From: Anthoceros angustus
Lineage: Eukaryota; Plantae; Anthocerotophyta
NCBI GenBank assembly: GCA_010909165.1
Contig: MU008162.1
Coordinates: forward strand, 1,054,001-1,118,000
Length of the DNA stretch: 64,000 nucleotides
Reading direction: 5' to 3'
Positions 38,576 through 51,813 of the stretch are shown here, in pieces. Within the stretch, counting starts at the first letter, position 1. Each line of letters opens with the position of its first letter. The notes beneath the pieces were generated by a model, which made no database searches, had not been told where the DNA came from, and saw only the letters and a list, made by a program, of their open reading frames with translations. The position numbers were made by a program, and so were the translations under genes.

Positions 38576-38843
38576 CATACAGACCAAACCAAGACCCTAA
38601 GGAGGTGTAAACGATAGATAGTAACTCTCAAGGCTATATGTGCAAGAGGTTTTAATTGTCTCTCCCTGTTTTGGTTGGCTCGCTTGTCTTGAAAGGATTC
38701 TAGTGTTGGGGATTGGGGTTGGAGCTGCCCTTTGCCCTCACTCTAGTTTCAGTGTGCCATGCATAGGAAAGAGGAGGCTTAGGTTTCTCTGCATGTTGCC
38801 AAGGTTTGTTGGAGGAGGACTTGGAGGTCTAGTTGTAGTAGCT

Positions 38844-39593
38844 ATGTCTGAGGGAAAGCAAGTGACGTTGGTGAGCTCGGATGGCAAGTCGATCTTCAAG
38901 GTCGATGAAGCTGTCGCGTATGAGAGCGAGACACTGAAGAGTATGATTGAAGACTTGACAGAAAACATAATCATTCACTCCCTATTGTGAGCAAGGAGAT
39001 CTTAGCGAAGGTCATTGAGTTTTGTCAGTACCATGCCGAGGCTTTGAAGGCGTCAAAGGACAAGCCGGCGGCTACAGATGATGAAATCAAGAGTTGGGAC
39101 CTAGAATTTTTGAAGGTCGGCCAGGCAACCCTGTATCACCTCACAATGGTGAGTATACACCTGCTTTTGCTTTGTTTTAGTAGAATGAGGCCAATGTGCA
39201 CCACACTTCAACCCTCCTAGCCATTGTGGTCGCCATGACATATCATTGGGTGTGGATAATAGTTGGTCCATGTTTTGCTTGTTTGTTGTGTTGTGAACGT
39301 TCGTTGTTTTGGTCTGGGTCATGTGATCAAGGGTTCATCATGCCTTGGTTTGAGCAAACTAGCAATCTTGAGCTTTTCCCTCTACGAGATTGTAAATCTG
39401 CGTTTGTGGTGTGGAGCAGGCGGCCAATTACCTAAACATCAAGAAGCTGTTGGATTTGACCTGCCAAACAGTGGCAAATATGATTAAGGACAAGAGTCCC
39501 GAGGAGATTCGGAAGGTCTTCAAGATCAAGAATGACTTCACTCCGGAGGAGGAGGAAGAGGTTAGGAGGGAGAATCAATGGGCCTTCGAATAG
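38844..39593 (+). CDS. SKP1: SKP1/ASK-like SCF subunit; exons 38844-39148 and 39420-39593; 1-nt frameshift near 38975
   Basis: [27 protein letters not shown]; (P)[19 protein letters not shown]; [54 protein letters not shown]. The GT-AG intron is at the usual SKP1 position. Confidence 0.9.
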
Positions 39594-40293
39594 GAGTCCC
39601 AGATTTGCTCCTGATGAATTCGTGTTGGGATGATGAGGCTAGCATGTGGCTTTCCAACTTTTCCAGTTGGCAATCAAGTCGCAAGTCTTGACTTTGACTT
39701 GATAGGAATGAGAATCTTAATGCCTTCAAACACCTGGAGTAAGACTTGGGTTTGCCAAGGGAGGGTGGTATATGTTAGTGTGTTCGTTCAAGGTTTAATT
39801 ATGTAATTTCTTATTGTATGTAAATTGTCCTTGTGGCTAGACAACGCGCATTCTACTTTGCTAGCACCAGTTGTTGGTTTTAATTGTTGCATCTGTTATC
39901 ACTTCGAAAGTAGTAGTATGTTGTGATAGCTTCGCTTTTCCATCGATACCCAGTGGTCTTCAAGGCTACAAGTATGGCCTGTAAGGCCACGTTATCATAG
40001 AGGACAACATCCTCTGCTTTTCTAAGGGGACGTCCATCTCGAGAGGTTGCCCATCCCAACAGAGTTCCGATGGGATTCGATGTAATTGTCATGGAATGAT
40101 CGCACCATGTGCACCCCAGCTTTCACGGTTGCTCAATTGCAATCACGACATATATACATATGTATGCCGGCATTCCCAACTATGCTGGTAGCCAGAGGAC
40201 TAGTCTTTCATATTAAGCATTGTAAACCCATTCTTCCACACCTCGTTTGTTAAAACAAAATCTCAAAAAAGCGTATTGTACATTTGTTTTACT

Positions 40294-41454
40294 TATCACC
40301 TCACAATGGTGAGTATACACCGCTTTTGCTTTGTTTTAGTAGAATGAGGCCAATGTGCACCACACTTCAACCCTCCTAGCTACATTGTGGTCGCCATGAC
40401 ATATCATTGGGTGTGGATAATAGTTGGTCCATGTTTTGCTTGTTTGTTGTGTTGTGAACGTTCGTTGTTTTGGTCTGGGTCATGTGATCAAGGGTTCATC
40501 ATGCCTTGGTTTGAGCAAACTAGCAATCTTGAGCTTTTCCTCTACGATTGTAAACTGCGTTTGTGGAGCAAAGTACCAATTACCTAAACATCAAGAAGTC
40601 GTTGGATTTGACCCGCCAAACAAGCAAATATGATTAAGGACAAGAGTCCCGAGGAGATCTGGAAGGTCTTCAAGATCAAGAATGACTTCACTCCGGAGGA
40701 GGAAGAAGAGGTTAGGAGGGAGAATCAATGGGCCTTCGAATAGGAGTCCCAGATGTACTCCTGATGAATTCGTGTTGGGATGATGAGGCTAGCACGTGGC
40801 TTTCCAACTTTTCCGGTGGGCAATTAAGTCACAAGTCTTGACTTTGACGATAGGAATCAGAATCTTAATGCCTTCAAACACATGGAGTACGACTTGGATT
40901 TGCTGGGGAGGATGGTATATGTTAGTGTGTCCGTTCAGGGTTTAATTATGTAATTTCTTATTGTATGTAAATTGTCCCTTGTGGCTAGACAACGCGCATT
41001 CTACTTTGCTAGCACCAGTTGTTGGTTTTAATTGTTGTTGCATCTGTTATCACTTCGAAAGTAGCACTATGTTGTGATAGCTTCGCTTTTCCATTGATAC
41101 CTAGTGGACTTCAAGGCTACAAGTATGGCCTGTGAGGCCACATCATCATAGAGGACAAAATCCTCTGCTTTTCAAAGGGGATATCCATCTTGGGAGGTTG
41201 CCCATCCCAACGGAGTTCCGATGGGATTCGATGTAATTGTCATGGAATGATCGCACCATGTGCACCCCAGCTTTCACGGTTGCTCAATTGCAATCACGGC
41301 ATATATACATGTGTGTGCCGGCATTCCCAACTATGCTGGTAGCCAGAGGACTAGTCTTTCATATTAAGCATTGTAAACCCATTCTTCCACACCTCGTTTG
41401 TTAAAACAAAATCTCAAAAAAGCGTATTGTACATTCTGTTTTTACTTATCACCT
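40294..41454 (+). pseudogene. Tandem partial duplicate of SKP1 (intron, exon 2 and 3' flank)
   Basis: Copy of 39134-40293 with substitutions, a damaged acceptor and frameshifts. TATCACCT at 39134, 40294 and 41447. Confidence 0.88.
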
Positions 41455-41545
41455 ACGCCCGCTTAACTTTGGAGTTCTGATGGGATCCAGTGCAATTGTC
41501 ATGGTATGACCGCACCACATGCGGGACACCAAGCAGGCGAGTGCC

Positions 41546-43925
41546 TGAAAAAGTATTAGATTAGTAATTATATTATCATACCTAAACCACTCTCCTTCAC
41601 ACAATTGTGTGCTCACGCTGTGCTTTGCCTACATCCACCAATGCGATCCTAAACACTTTATAGTATCAGAGTATGGATCGCATCCAAGCGTATGGCAGGG
41701 CATCCATGCCCCGTGTGTGGTCTAAACCTATTTTATCAATTGGATCGTGGACACACCGACGGGGGCCCGTCTCTACTTTTCTGAATGTTTTCAGATCTCT
41801 TGGAGATGTAATCAGGCACCTCACGTGCTGACTCATAGCGCTTACATAATTATGGACCGGTTGTTTAGCAATGCCGACAATGGATTCCTCTGCCTCTCAG
41901 CAAACCCTGGACGGAGAGCAAAAACAAATTTATAGTCAATTGCTCAAGCATTACTGGCAGGAGAGTAGCAGATGGATGCATATGCAATGTTACCGCAAGT
42001 AGGTGCGGTTGCACCATGATGCGCAACAACAATTTTGTTGCTTTTAAACAAGTTCTGCAAAGGGTGCACTTACCATCCCAATTTGGCCCTCATTTTCAGA
42101 CTTGCCAGACTTGTTCTTGTCATCAATTTTGCAACCAAAGCATGCATCGCCCATCGGCTTGTTGTTCTCAACCTGCCCACAATCAACCTGATTGTAGTCC
42201 AGACCCTCTTAGCATCCACACTAGTATCCTTAAAAATTTGCATTTTAAACTATCGCTTCTAGGAGATAGAATCCTTGATAGCCGGGATAGTTATAGGAAG
42301 GACCATCAATGCTTAAACAAACAGATCACAACATTACGCAAAGAAACTTCAACAACTATCCCATTAATGGGAATGACCGTCCCATTCCCATTCACCATGA
42401 ATGGGAATGACTATCCCATTTGGGAGGTGCGCCTAACGGCACTTCTTGATGAGCATGACCTAATGGACATAGCGATTGGGAAGACAGCTAACCCAACCAC
42501 TCTTACTCTTAAAGGCACAAACGAAGAAATTGCAGCTTGGATGAAGGAAGATAAGCGGGCCAAGAGCATTATCCTACCAGCTTTGGATTGTAACATGATC
42601 CAACATACTCAAGGGCAGGCCACCTCTGATGTTGTCTGGAAGGTCTTCAAGGGCATGTTTGCTGCAAAACATTCGATGTCGTTGATAAATGCGACCAGGC
42701 AATTTTATGCTTTACATATGAAGGATAGCAAAATCATTGAGCACTATATATACAAGTTCCGTACCTTGCGAGCTTGATTGTCCTCTTGTGGAATAGATGT
42801 GACAGAGCTATAGGCAGCTGTTGTTCTTTTGACGTCACTGCCACAAAGTTACATAGTATTTGTTAGTTCTCAAAAGCAATTAGACAAGTTGTAAAGGCCA
42901 CAACAGCAAGTAGGCAACCAAGTCTTACCATCTCAAAAATAATTGGAGCTCTGCTTGAGGAGGAGTCGAGCTGGATAGCCACGTGGCCAACAACATGTAC
43001 AGCAAGTCCTTTTCACTACAAGGGGAAGTGGAAGAGGGAGAGGCTCTTATAGGCCAACTTTCCAATCAAGGAGACTGTATACAACACCCCATACTTCTTC
43101 CACTCAAAGGAAGCCTAACTTGGCGGGTACATGTCATTGGTGCCGCATTCTTGAAAATGAATGTCGCAAAAAGTGGGTAGGTGACCCTCGTCGTGAAGCT
43201 CCATCTGGTGTTGAGTCCCATACAATGACTCAAGGATAATTAAGCAATGCCCATAGTGTTAAAGCTCCCACTATCCTTGCTGTGTGCTCATCCCTCACAC
43301 ATGCAAACTTCTTAAATGGACCTCTCGACGAAACTATCTGCATTCATCAGCCGGAGGGGTACATTTCTGATCCAGCCAAGGTATGTAACCTCCTCAAATC
43401 GATCTATAGTTTGAAACAATCAACAAGAATATGGAATGCACGAGCAGATAAGAAACTTTGCAAGATGGGTTTTGTACCTCTTGTAGCTTACAGCAGCGTT
43501 TATATCTTACGAAGGGGCACTCAACTTTGTATCATTGCTTTATATGTTGACGATAATTTCCTATTTTCTAGTGATGATGGCATCCTTGCAAATATTAAGA
43601 AGGAGTTGTCCCGAGAATGGGACATGACTGATGTTGGTCCATTGAAATTTGCACTTGGGATACAAATCTTGTTACAACTCCAATAGCTATCCAACTCTTT
43701 TGGATAGTCCTACTACCATTGCAGAAATATTAGAGATGGCTACTATACCTTATAGGGAGGCTGTAGGAAGCCTTCTCTATCTTGCAAGGTGGACTCGTCC
43801 AGATATTTCACAAATTGGGATTGTGTCACGTTTCTTAGTGAACCCTAGCCACAAGCACTAGATTGCCGTTAAAAGAATCGTACGTTATTTCAAGGGCACC
43901 AACAACTTCTACATTGAATATGTAA
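41546..43925 (+). mobile_element. Second, older copia remnant related to the first (short LTR, PBS, gag, partial RT; protease and integrase deleted)
   Basis: LTR-like TGAAAAAGTA..cacttta at 41546-41660 and PBS-like TAGTATCAGAGT at 41661. Gag MNGNDYPIW..WMKEDKRAK. KAPTILAVC resembles KSPSILAVC of the first copia. RT FLNGPLDE..YVDD..PYREAVGSLLY..TRPDI. Confidence 0.85.
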
Positions 43926-45596
43926 GCGTTGGGAGCTTATTTCTTACAACACCGTAATATTTGAAGCAGCTGAATATACAAAGCCGCTTTCAGAAACCCC
44001 GGACCAATTTTAGATTCACCGTACAGTCCCAAAACCCGTGATTCTTAATGTTCTCGGTTTACGCATTTGGGTCTTGTTACTGCCTCGTTGCGGTTTGGTC
44101 CGTTTGGACAAAATTTTGCCTCTAGGTATAGTGCATGGCACATGTATGTGAGCGCCGGCATGCCGGCGCCCTAAAAGAAACTCAACTTAACTAGTATAAA
44201 AACTACAACTTGGATCTCGAACTCGCGACCTATGATTCTTAGCCGAGTTTTTTACCACTTTACCAACTTTAGGAAACAACAAAACTTTATGATACGCAAA
44301 TAATGTATACTAATGAAGGTGCCAATATGCTAGCACCCTATGCTCTCTTATGCTCCCTCTAGAGGGCGCCGGCATGCCGGCGTCCTTAAATAGGCTTTCT
44401 ATGAGCGCGAGGGTGGCTGCGTCCGCATTAACACTAGGGCTACAACCACTTGTCGTGCACCCATGCACATTATGACTTACATATATTAGGCCATGCATCG
44501 CTTGCTTGCGCAAGAGAATGAGAAAAAACACACCACTTTTCACACTTCCGATCACAACGCAGCCTTGGTCGCTCACAAAGACGGTGTTCAACACAAAAAA
44601 AACGTATTCAATTGCTATGACCTATGTAGAAAGATAGTCACGGCCTACACTGAGCTCGAGAATAGGGAAGAAACTTGGCCGTATCATGTCTCTCTTCACC
44701 GTTCCGATTCAAGTAAAATTTGCGATCATGAATATTAGGGCATGGGTAATTTCAAATAGCATGCTTAGAAAACTGTTGAAATTTGAAAATAATTTCCATG
44801 ATTTTGAGTTCAAGACTACGAATTATTAGAATAAGAAAATTTTAAACCAAACTAATTGTCTATCACTTTTACAACACAAACTATGCTCTCATTTCTAGTC
44901 ATATTACCTGTTCCTTACACAATCTGAAAAGTTTACCTTTATAGGCGCCGGCATGGAAGACTTGAATTGAAGACCTCTGGTTTTTATCTCCCAAGTCTTA
45001 CCACTTCTCGTTTCTATCTCCATACACATAAAAAGAAGCACAAACTATATGTTGAAATACAGGCGTCGGCATGCCGGCGCCCCTACTACGTATAACATTG
45101 CCATGAATCCAGTTGTCTAAAAAGTGACCTTGCAATTTGAATGCATAACAACTTGTACGGGATGCAAACCATAGTAGGAGCTTGTTGAGCCCAATCTCAT
45201 TTACAAAGTTGGAGAAGTCATTTTATCGTATAGGAAGCACTACTTTATTACAAGAAAACAAAACATTTGAACCTCATTGAGAAAGCCCTCAGCGTAATAT
45301 TGTTTGATAATAAAGCAAATATATCATTTAGCGCAAGGTTGTTTGTGTGAATATTGAGCAAAAGCTCATGAGAATTATTTTTTTAAGACAAGCAAAGTGT
45401 GCGGAAGTTGATCTTGCTTTGGACAAGCCCGATATGATGGGAGATTCGATCATGATTATTGACAATATTATGAGTTGCATTTGTGAAATACAAAAATGAT
45501 CACTGATTTGATAATTGTATTGATCAAATAATTCAACATGAGGAGTCCATCATTTAAAAGAGGAAGAATGATACGTTCTGCTACTAAACTAAAGGA

Positions 45597-45760
45597 TACC
45601 ATGATAAAAATGCTAATGATAGATGTTAAATGGTACCATGATAAAAATGCTAATGATAGATGTTAAATGGTACCATGATAAAAATGTATCTATTTGCTTT
45701 CCAATTTGTGCTACATTAGCATTTTTATCATGGTAGCATTTAGCATCTGTCATTAGCTAA
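45597..45760. repeat. 36-bp direct repeats with an inverted copy (hairpin/MITE-like fragment)
   Basis: accatgataaaaatgctaatg occurs 2-3 times, and its reverse complement cattagcatttttatcatggt lies at ~45714-45734. Confidence 0.7.
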
Positions 45761-48201
45761 ATATAGAGCTAGATTTAGACCACCCAAGAAAACCACTCAA
45801 CAAGTTAGGAAAAGAGTGAATGATTTGATTGACAATGATGTCAACTTAGATGATGTGAATAATCAAGAAGAGATAGCACCCAGAGGATGATAAAAATAAC
45901 ACAATCTCATCCATAAATGAGTTCAAACAAATGTGTTTAATTAGAGGCCTATAAATTGTAGAGAAAAAACCAGAGCAAGGTGTAGTTATTTTCAATGAGA
46001 AACCCTTAGTTACAAAAAAGAGAGGTAGATGTATAATGCATCTACTACAGAAAAATAGAAAAATTGTTGGACATCCTACACCAAATGTATCAATTAAACA
46101 ACTAATGTGTATGCTACATGTATTAAAGATGCAATAATGCGGAGGTAGGGATAGTGATAGTCAAATAGACCAGAGCTATGAATTTGCTATGATAGGGACT
46201 TTAGTAACTCTGGAAGCATAAAAGTTTTATGTTAGTTGTTATACACAAGTAGTCATAGAAAACCAACATCCTAACTTATTAAAAGAGGTTAGATATGAGT
46301 TTTCCTTTTTCCAATGCTTAAAATTTGAAGAATCAAATTTATCAATTATCAAATTAAAAAAAAACTAGATGAGACGGCATTAATGTTATACAACAAAGCT
46401 AATCAATTGATCTAAGACATAGAAATGCACAATGAACTTGAGATTTGTCATAAATATATTGGTAATTTGGATGACAACATTAGATACGGTGTATGCCAAG
46501 AGTTGATACTAAAATATGGGAGAAATTAGGCTTGAGCTAAAGTTTTCTCAATTGCTGAAAAACATGAACAAGCTAAAGCATTGATGAGAGCATTGGATAA
46601 GAAAGCTACAAGAGATAGAGAATATAATACAATTCGTATGGGAGGAGGAATAAACATTCAATACCAATAGAATTCGCAATGGAATTCGCAACAGGTGGAG
46701 ACCGGGGAGGAATTCTACAGATATACTCAAAATTCCAATGAATTGGATAAATTGATTGATTTACATATGAGAGTAATGTATTAAACGATGAACACATGAA
46801 TGAGAACACAATTGTGATAGAAGTTGTGTAAAACCCATTGCATTTTTAAATAATGCTACATGGAATATGCACCTACTAAAGTAGTATTTGATACTAGGGG
46901 AAGATACAAGGTTTCATACTTGCCCGGGGCATGGAATTAGCATGACGTGAAGCTATGCGTGCAGAGCCACTCTTCCTGGGCGCTTGAATTTATCTGCGCA
47001 TCATTTTCGTGAACTTATTCATAAGCCGCTATTGTAGTCGGTGGCGGTCATCCTAAGGGTCTTCATCCTAAGACCATTAGGGGTAAGTAGATACCCCAAT
47101 TCAGCCTGGACTCACATAAGGAGGCTTATACATAGGCCTTGACTCATCCATAAACTCAGACTTATACATAGGCCTCGACTCATCCACAAACTCATTGAAA
47201 GCCAAGAAATCGTAAACCATCCCACTCACTTAGCAATTTGAAACATAACAATGCTCATAAGAATTATCACTCAGCACGGAGTTATCATTTGGCTTTTGGC
47301 AGGCCATTTTATATTATAATCCTGGAGTTATGCAATAACTATGTAGACCGTATAATGTAGAATATATTATATTAATTTTATATATTATATATCCAATATA
47401 GAATCTGTTATAAGATATATTGTCGATCCCACAAACATGTACTAAAGGGACTCTCATGGAGGTTGCAAGGCAGGAGTGGGTGCAGCCTGGATGTGACAAA
47501 TTCCCGCACGGAAGCTAGACAGACTATCCGAATAAAACAGGCAGGTTCATAGAAAATGAACTGAATAATTTTTGGGTTAACAAAACGGGCCAGATGCAGA
47601 GACGAGACGGTGTCCACATACCAATGCACCAGTCCTAACGACGGCCGGGCCCGGTGCTGCGCATCTGGACCGTCTCTCGTCCTCCTCAAAAAGCCTCCGT
47701 CGGCTACACATTGCCCAGCCAAACGGCTATGTACTCTTTGCTTGCCTTCGGGCCTCCCCAATCTTGAACACGCACACGCACCACAACAGTAGGCTTTTTA
47801 GTTCCTACCAGCAGGCCCAGGCCCATGCTCGCAGCAGCCGCCCAACGGCTCCTTACGTGCCCTGTACTTGCCAACCGGTTCTGGCACAAAATTTCAGGCT
47901 GCCTCCAACAGCCAAAAAACTTGCTCCGCCCATCCTTTAAAGCCTCCCTTCCCGCAGGACAGCTCTCCCAACGTCTTCCCCTCCGCTTGTCCAGTCGTTC
48001 CCTGCCTGCTCCGCAATTCTCCAATTGCACAAGTCTTGCCTCGCCCGGCTCCGGCTCCGGCTCTGCCTCGTCCTGCAGGCCCCGGAATGCAGCGGGCAGT
48101 GACATGACCTTGTTTGGGCCTCGCTAGAGCAGGAAGCTTGTTGGGCGGTTGGGAGCAAGCGTGTTGTAGCAGGTTGCAGAAGCAGGAGGAGGAGGAGGAA
48201 G

Positions 48202-50061
48202 ATGGCCTGCTCGCCCATGAAGCCCGGCTCCAGTTCCAGAGAGCATCCCGCCTGCTCCGACTCCTTTCACGTCATCTTTAAAGTGCCGGCTGGGGATTCT
48301 CCGTACGTGAAGGCCAAATATGTGCAGGTGGGCGCCGGTTTGTTGTCCCACTTCTGGTGTGCAGAGTGGTTTTTGGTTGCAAGCTTCCGTTTCTGGGTTG
48401 TGGGTTCTGACAAAGGGCCTGTTTCTGGTGGTGGGTTGGGATGGAGCAGCTGGTGGACAAGGACCCAGAACGAGCAATCGCGCTTTTCTGGGCTGCGCTG
48501 AATGCCGGAGACAGAGTCGACAGTGCGCTCAAGGACATGGCCATTGTGATGAAGCAGCAAAACAGGCCGGAGGAAGCTATCGAAGCTATCAAGTCGCTGC
48601 GGAGTCGGTGTTCAGACCAGGCTCAAGAAGCGTTGGACAATGTCCTGCTCGATCTTTACAAGGTAAGTGACGTGTTCCATGCTAGGACATACCACTCGTC
48701 AACACTTTTAATAAGACTGTTTTCAATGCTTTGCTTCAATACTGATTGTTGCACATTTGGCCATTGTTGCAGAGATGTGGGCGCCTGAGTGATCAGATAT
48801 CCTTACTGAAGCACAAGTTGCACCTTATCAACGAGGGCATGGCCTTCAATGGCAAACGCAGCAAGACTGCCCGCTGCCAGGGAAGAAAGTTCCAAGTCTC
48901 CATAGAGCAAGAAACAACCAGGCTCCTGGTAATCAACACAACGCAAATGCCTTTCTCCTGTGCATGCTTCCCTCTGAACCTTCGCATGCATGCAGTCACG
49001 TAAAGAAAACAAATTAAACAATCTTTCTTCCTTCAGGGCAACTTGGGCTGGGCTTACATGCAACAATCCAACTACGCTGCTGCTGAGGCGGTTTACAGGT
49101 AATACTTGCACTTCCATGTGTGGGTTGATTGCCATGCTCCATGTTCTGCAGAGTCTGCTTCTCCTCTTCTCTGCTGCTTCCTTCGTTACTTTATTAACGA
49201 ACTAATCAGCTAGTTAAACTGAATCAACTAAGCAGCTAGCTTCCTTGCATCCTTGGTGTGAGCAGGAAAGCGCTGAGCATCAAAGGTGACAGCAACAAGG
49301 TGTGCAATCTGGGCATCTGTCTGATGAAGCAGGGGCGCTTGGCGGAAGCTAGAGCAATTTTGCAAACTGTCTCACCCGCATCTGTATCCAGTAGGCCGGG
49401 CTCCGACTCGCACCTGAAATCCTACGAGCGGGCTCAAGCCATGCTGCGGGAACTCGACTTCTACGCAACATCGCACCTTCTTGACTGTGCAGGCCTCTAC
49501 CCTAGTTTCTCCGAGCCCCCACCTCCGCCCAGGCCTCAGGCTCAGGCTCAAACTCAAGTGCAAGCTCTCCTGTCCCGCCTCCGGACGATTCCACAGCAGC
49601 CCGCTGTGATGACGTCTTCGCTGCCGTCTTATCCAGGTCCGTGCCCTTCTTCACACTTGCATTCTACAGGCTTCGTCTATGTGGTCTTGCATTTACACTT
49701 TTTGTTGGGTTTTGTGCTGTTTCCAGGAAACGACGACACCCATGTAGATGCGGGAATGATGTTCGAGGCCTCGGAAAATCCCTGTATGGTAATACGTGAT
49801 CAGGATCAGGATCCCACGGGGCTTCGAGGCTTCCAGTCCGATGGTCCCGTTGGCTTTGGCCTTGGGAAGAGCATGCATTCCTCCCTGGGGAAGGTGGACT
49901 CGCTCGGAATGACAGGTTTCGATCTTCCTGAGAAATTCCCGCTCACCTTCGATCGCACGAACGACTGCCGGCTTGGAGACAATGCGTTTCGGGACCATGT
50001 GGCCGACCGGTCGCTGTTTTCTCAGTTCAGCATGCGGACGAAGCTGAGCCGCATTTGGTGA
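48202..50061 (+). CDS. MS5/POLLENLESS3/SDI1-family TPR protein; exons 48202-48327, 48450-48662, 48773-48928, 49037-49098, 49266-49636, 49727-50061
   Basis: FHVIFKVPAGDSPYVKAKYVQLVDKDPERAIALFWAALNAGDRVDSALKDMAIVMKQQNRPEEAIEAIKS..GNLGWAYMQQ..NKVCNLGICLMKQGR. GT-AG introns keep the frame. Confidence 0.93.
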
Positions 50062-50287
50062 ACGGTTGGAAGGCTTGGACTGACTGCCATGCTGTGGCTG
50101 CTGGGAGTAGTTATTAGGTAGGTAGGTAGGTAGTTAGATGCAGGCTGCAATGTAAACAGTGGAAGATCATCAAAGCCAGTTTGATGCTGAGTAGTCGTGT
50201 AGAACGAATTCTTGGGACAGATGTGAAGGACCCTTTCACTTGTGGTGTGCCGTGATGCTGGGTAGTAGTAGTTAGCATAGCAGGCAG

Positions 50288-50670
50288 GCTTGGCTAGATG
50301 TAAGGTGTGTTACCAGCCTATTCCAGCCCATTCATTTGTAGATAACTGAATCTGCAGAGCAGATTGGATTGGCTGGAGATGTAAAGTGTGTAATCAACCT
50401 GTTCCAGCCCCAGTCAGTTGTAGATAACTGAATCTGCAGAGCAAATTGGAAGGCTTGGCTAGATGTGAAGTGTGTTATCGTCCTATTCCAACCCATTCAA
50501 TTTTAGATCACTCAGATTGTAAGAAAAGATGAATATGTGTCACAAGCGGATGGACGAAAGTGTTAACGTGAGCTCGTGTGGCAAGACATGTAGCAGAGAA
50601 GGCTTGACTAGATGTGAAGTGTGTTACCAGCCTGCTCCAGATCATTCATTTGTAGTTAACTCAGATTGTA
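50288..50670. repeat. ~83-bp degenerate tandem repeat, ~4 copies, downstream of the TPR gene
   Basis: ggcttggctagatgt.aagtgtgttaccagcct.ttccagccc..tca.ttgtagataact recurs at ~50288, 50370, 50452 and 50601. Confidence 0.75.
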
Positions 50671-51813
50671 AGGAAAGAAGAAAGAGTATTCACGTGAGTT
50701 CGTGTGGCAAAGACATGGCACTGAAGGTGGAGGTAGCTGGCATCTGTGTTGAAAGACCACTGGATAGCATACACAAACCGTTTAGGCCCATCGACCACTG
50801 GATAGCATACACAAACCGTTTAGGACCATCGGACACCTACCATACACCCTTCTCCAGGGAGGTTCCAAATCATGGAACAATGCATCCTATTGCCTTGGGA
50901 CAGATTGATTCGTGAGACAGAGGGTGCGTTTCGCAGAATGCTGCAGGTGCAGTCGAACACCAGTTCCTGCGCAACATACCACCAGAATATAGAAGCCCTG
51001 TCCCTCGCTGAGCTTACCAGTACACTGTGAAGAGCAGATATTCCGTCAACGGATATGGAGCTTGTATCCCTAGTCCGGAGGGGTCGTGTTGCAGCAGCCG
51101 AGGAGGAAAAGGCATCAACGGCAGGCACGGGGGTCTGAGCAAGCGCACAACATTCCCGAGGGCATACCGGGAATCTGGACATCCTGCGGCTGTCACATCC
51201 TTAGCAGGCGCAACATGCGAGTGTGTCGGTGTGGCGGAGGGGACGAGTGGAGCTCAGGCTGCGCATGCCGGCTGCCTGGCAACACCGTTATGTAGTATGT
51301 AGGGCACCTGAGAGAGAGAGCGTGGGATGCTATACAACATGAAGCAGACGTGCCAGATCAGACTTGGGATAAGCAGGCCGCGCCAACAGTACAGCATCTC
51401 CCCACCCGAGCCCACCGTATCCTCTGGGCCTCTAAATATCCCGAAGTCCAAGACAGAGCATGTGATCCTGGCAAGTGGAAACCACAGACGGGGCTTCGCC
51501 AACGATTTCGCTGATCTTGCCCAGTGACTTTCCGCTTTCTGCATTTGCCTTGGACATTTGGGATTCTCAGGAGGCCTCGGGCCCGGGTTGGCCCGGCCTC
51601 CCATTCTGGTATTGGATCTCTGGGGACCAGAGCTGCGGAGATGAGTACAGCAGGCCCGCTGTCAGATGAAAAAGCTCTGCAGGCTGCGGGATCCTGTGCT
51701 TGAAGCTTAACCTGCTCCTGCTCCTGCCCCTGCTCCTCCTCCTGCTGCTGCATTTGCACCTGCGGCTGCACAGCTGCGCCTGTGCCTTCTTCCTTGGTTC
51801 GTTGCATCAGCTC

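Noticed and set aside
50529-51700. Short ORFs between the TPR and PIN genes
   Set aside because: No recognisable domain or consistent splice model. They overlap tandem repeats and probable UTR or promoter DNA.
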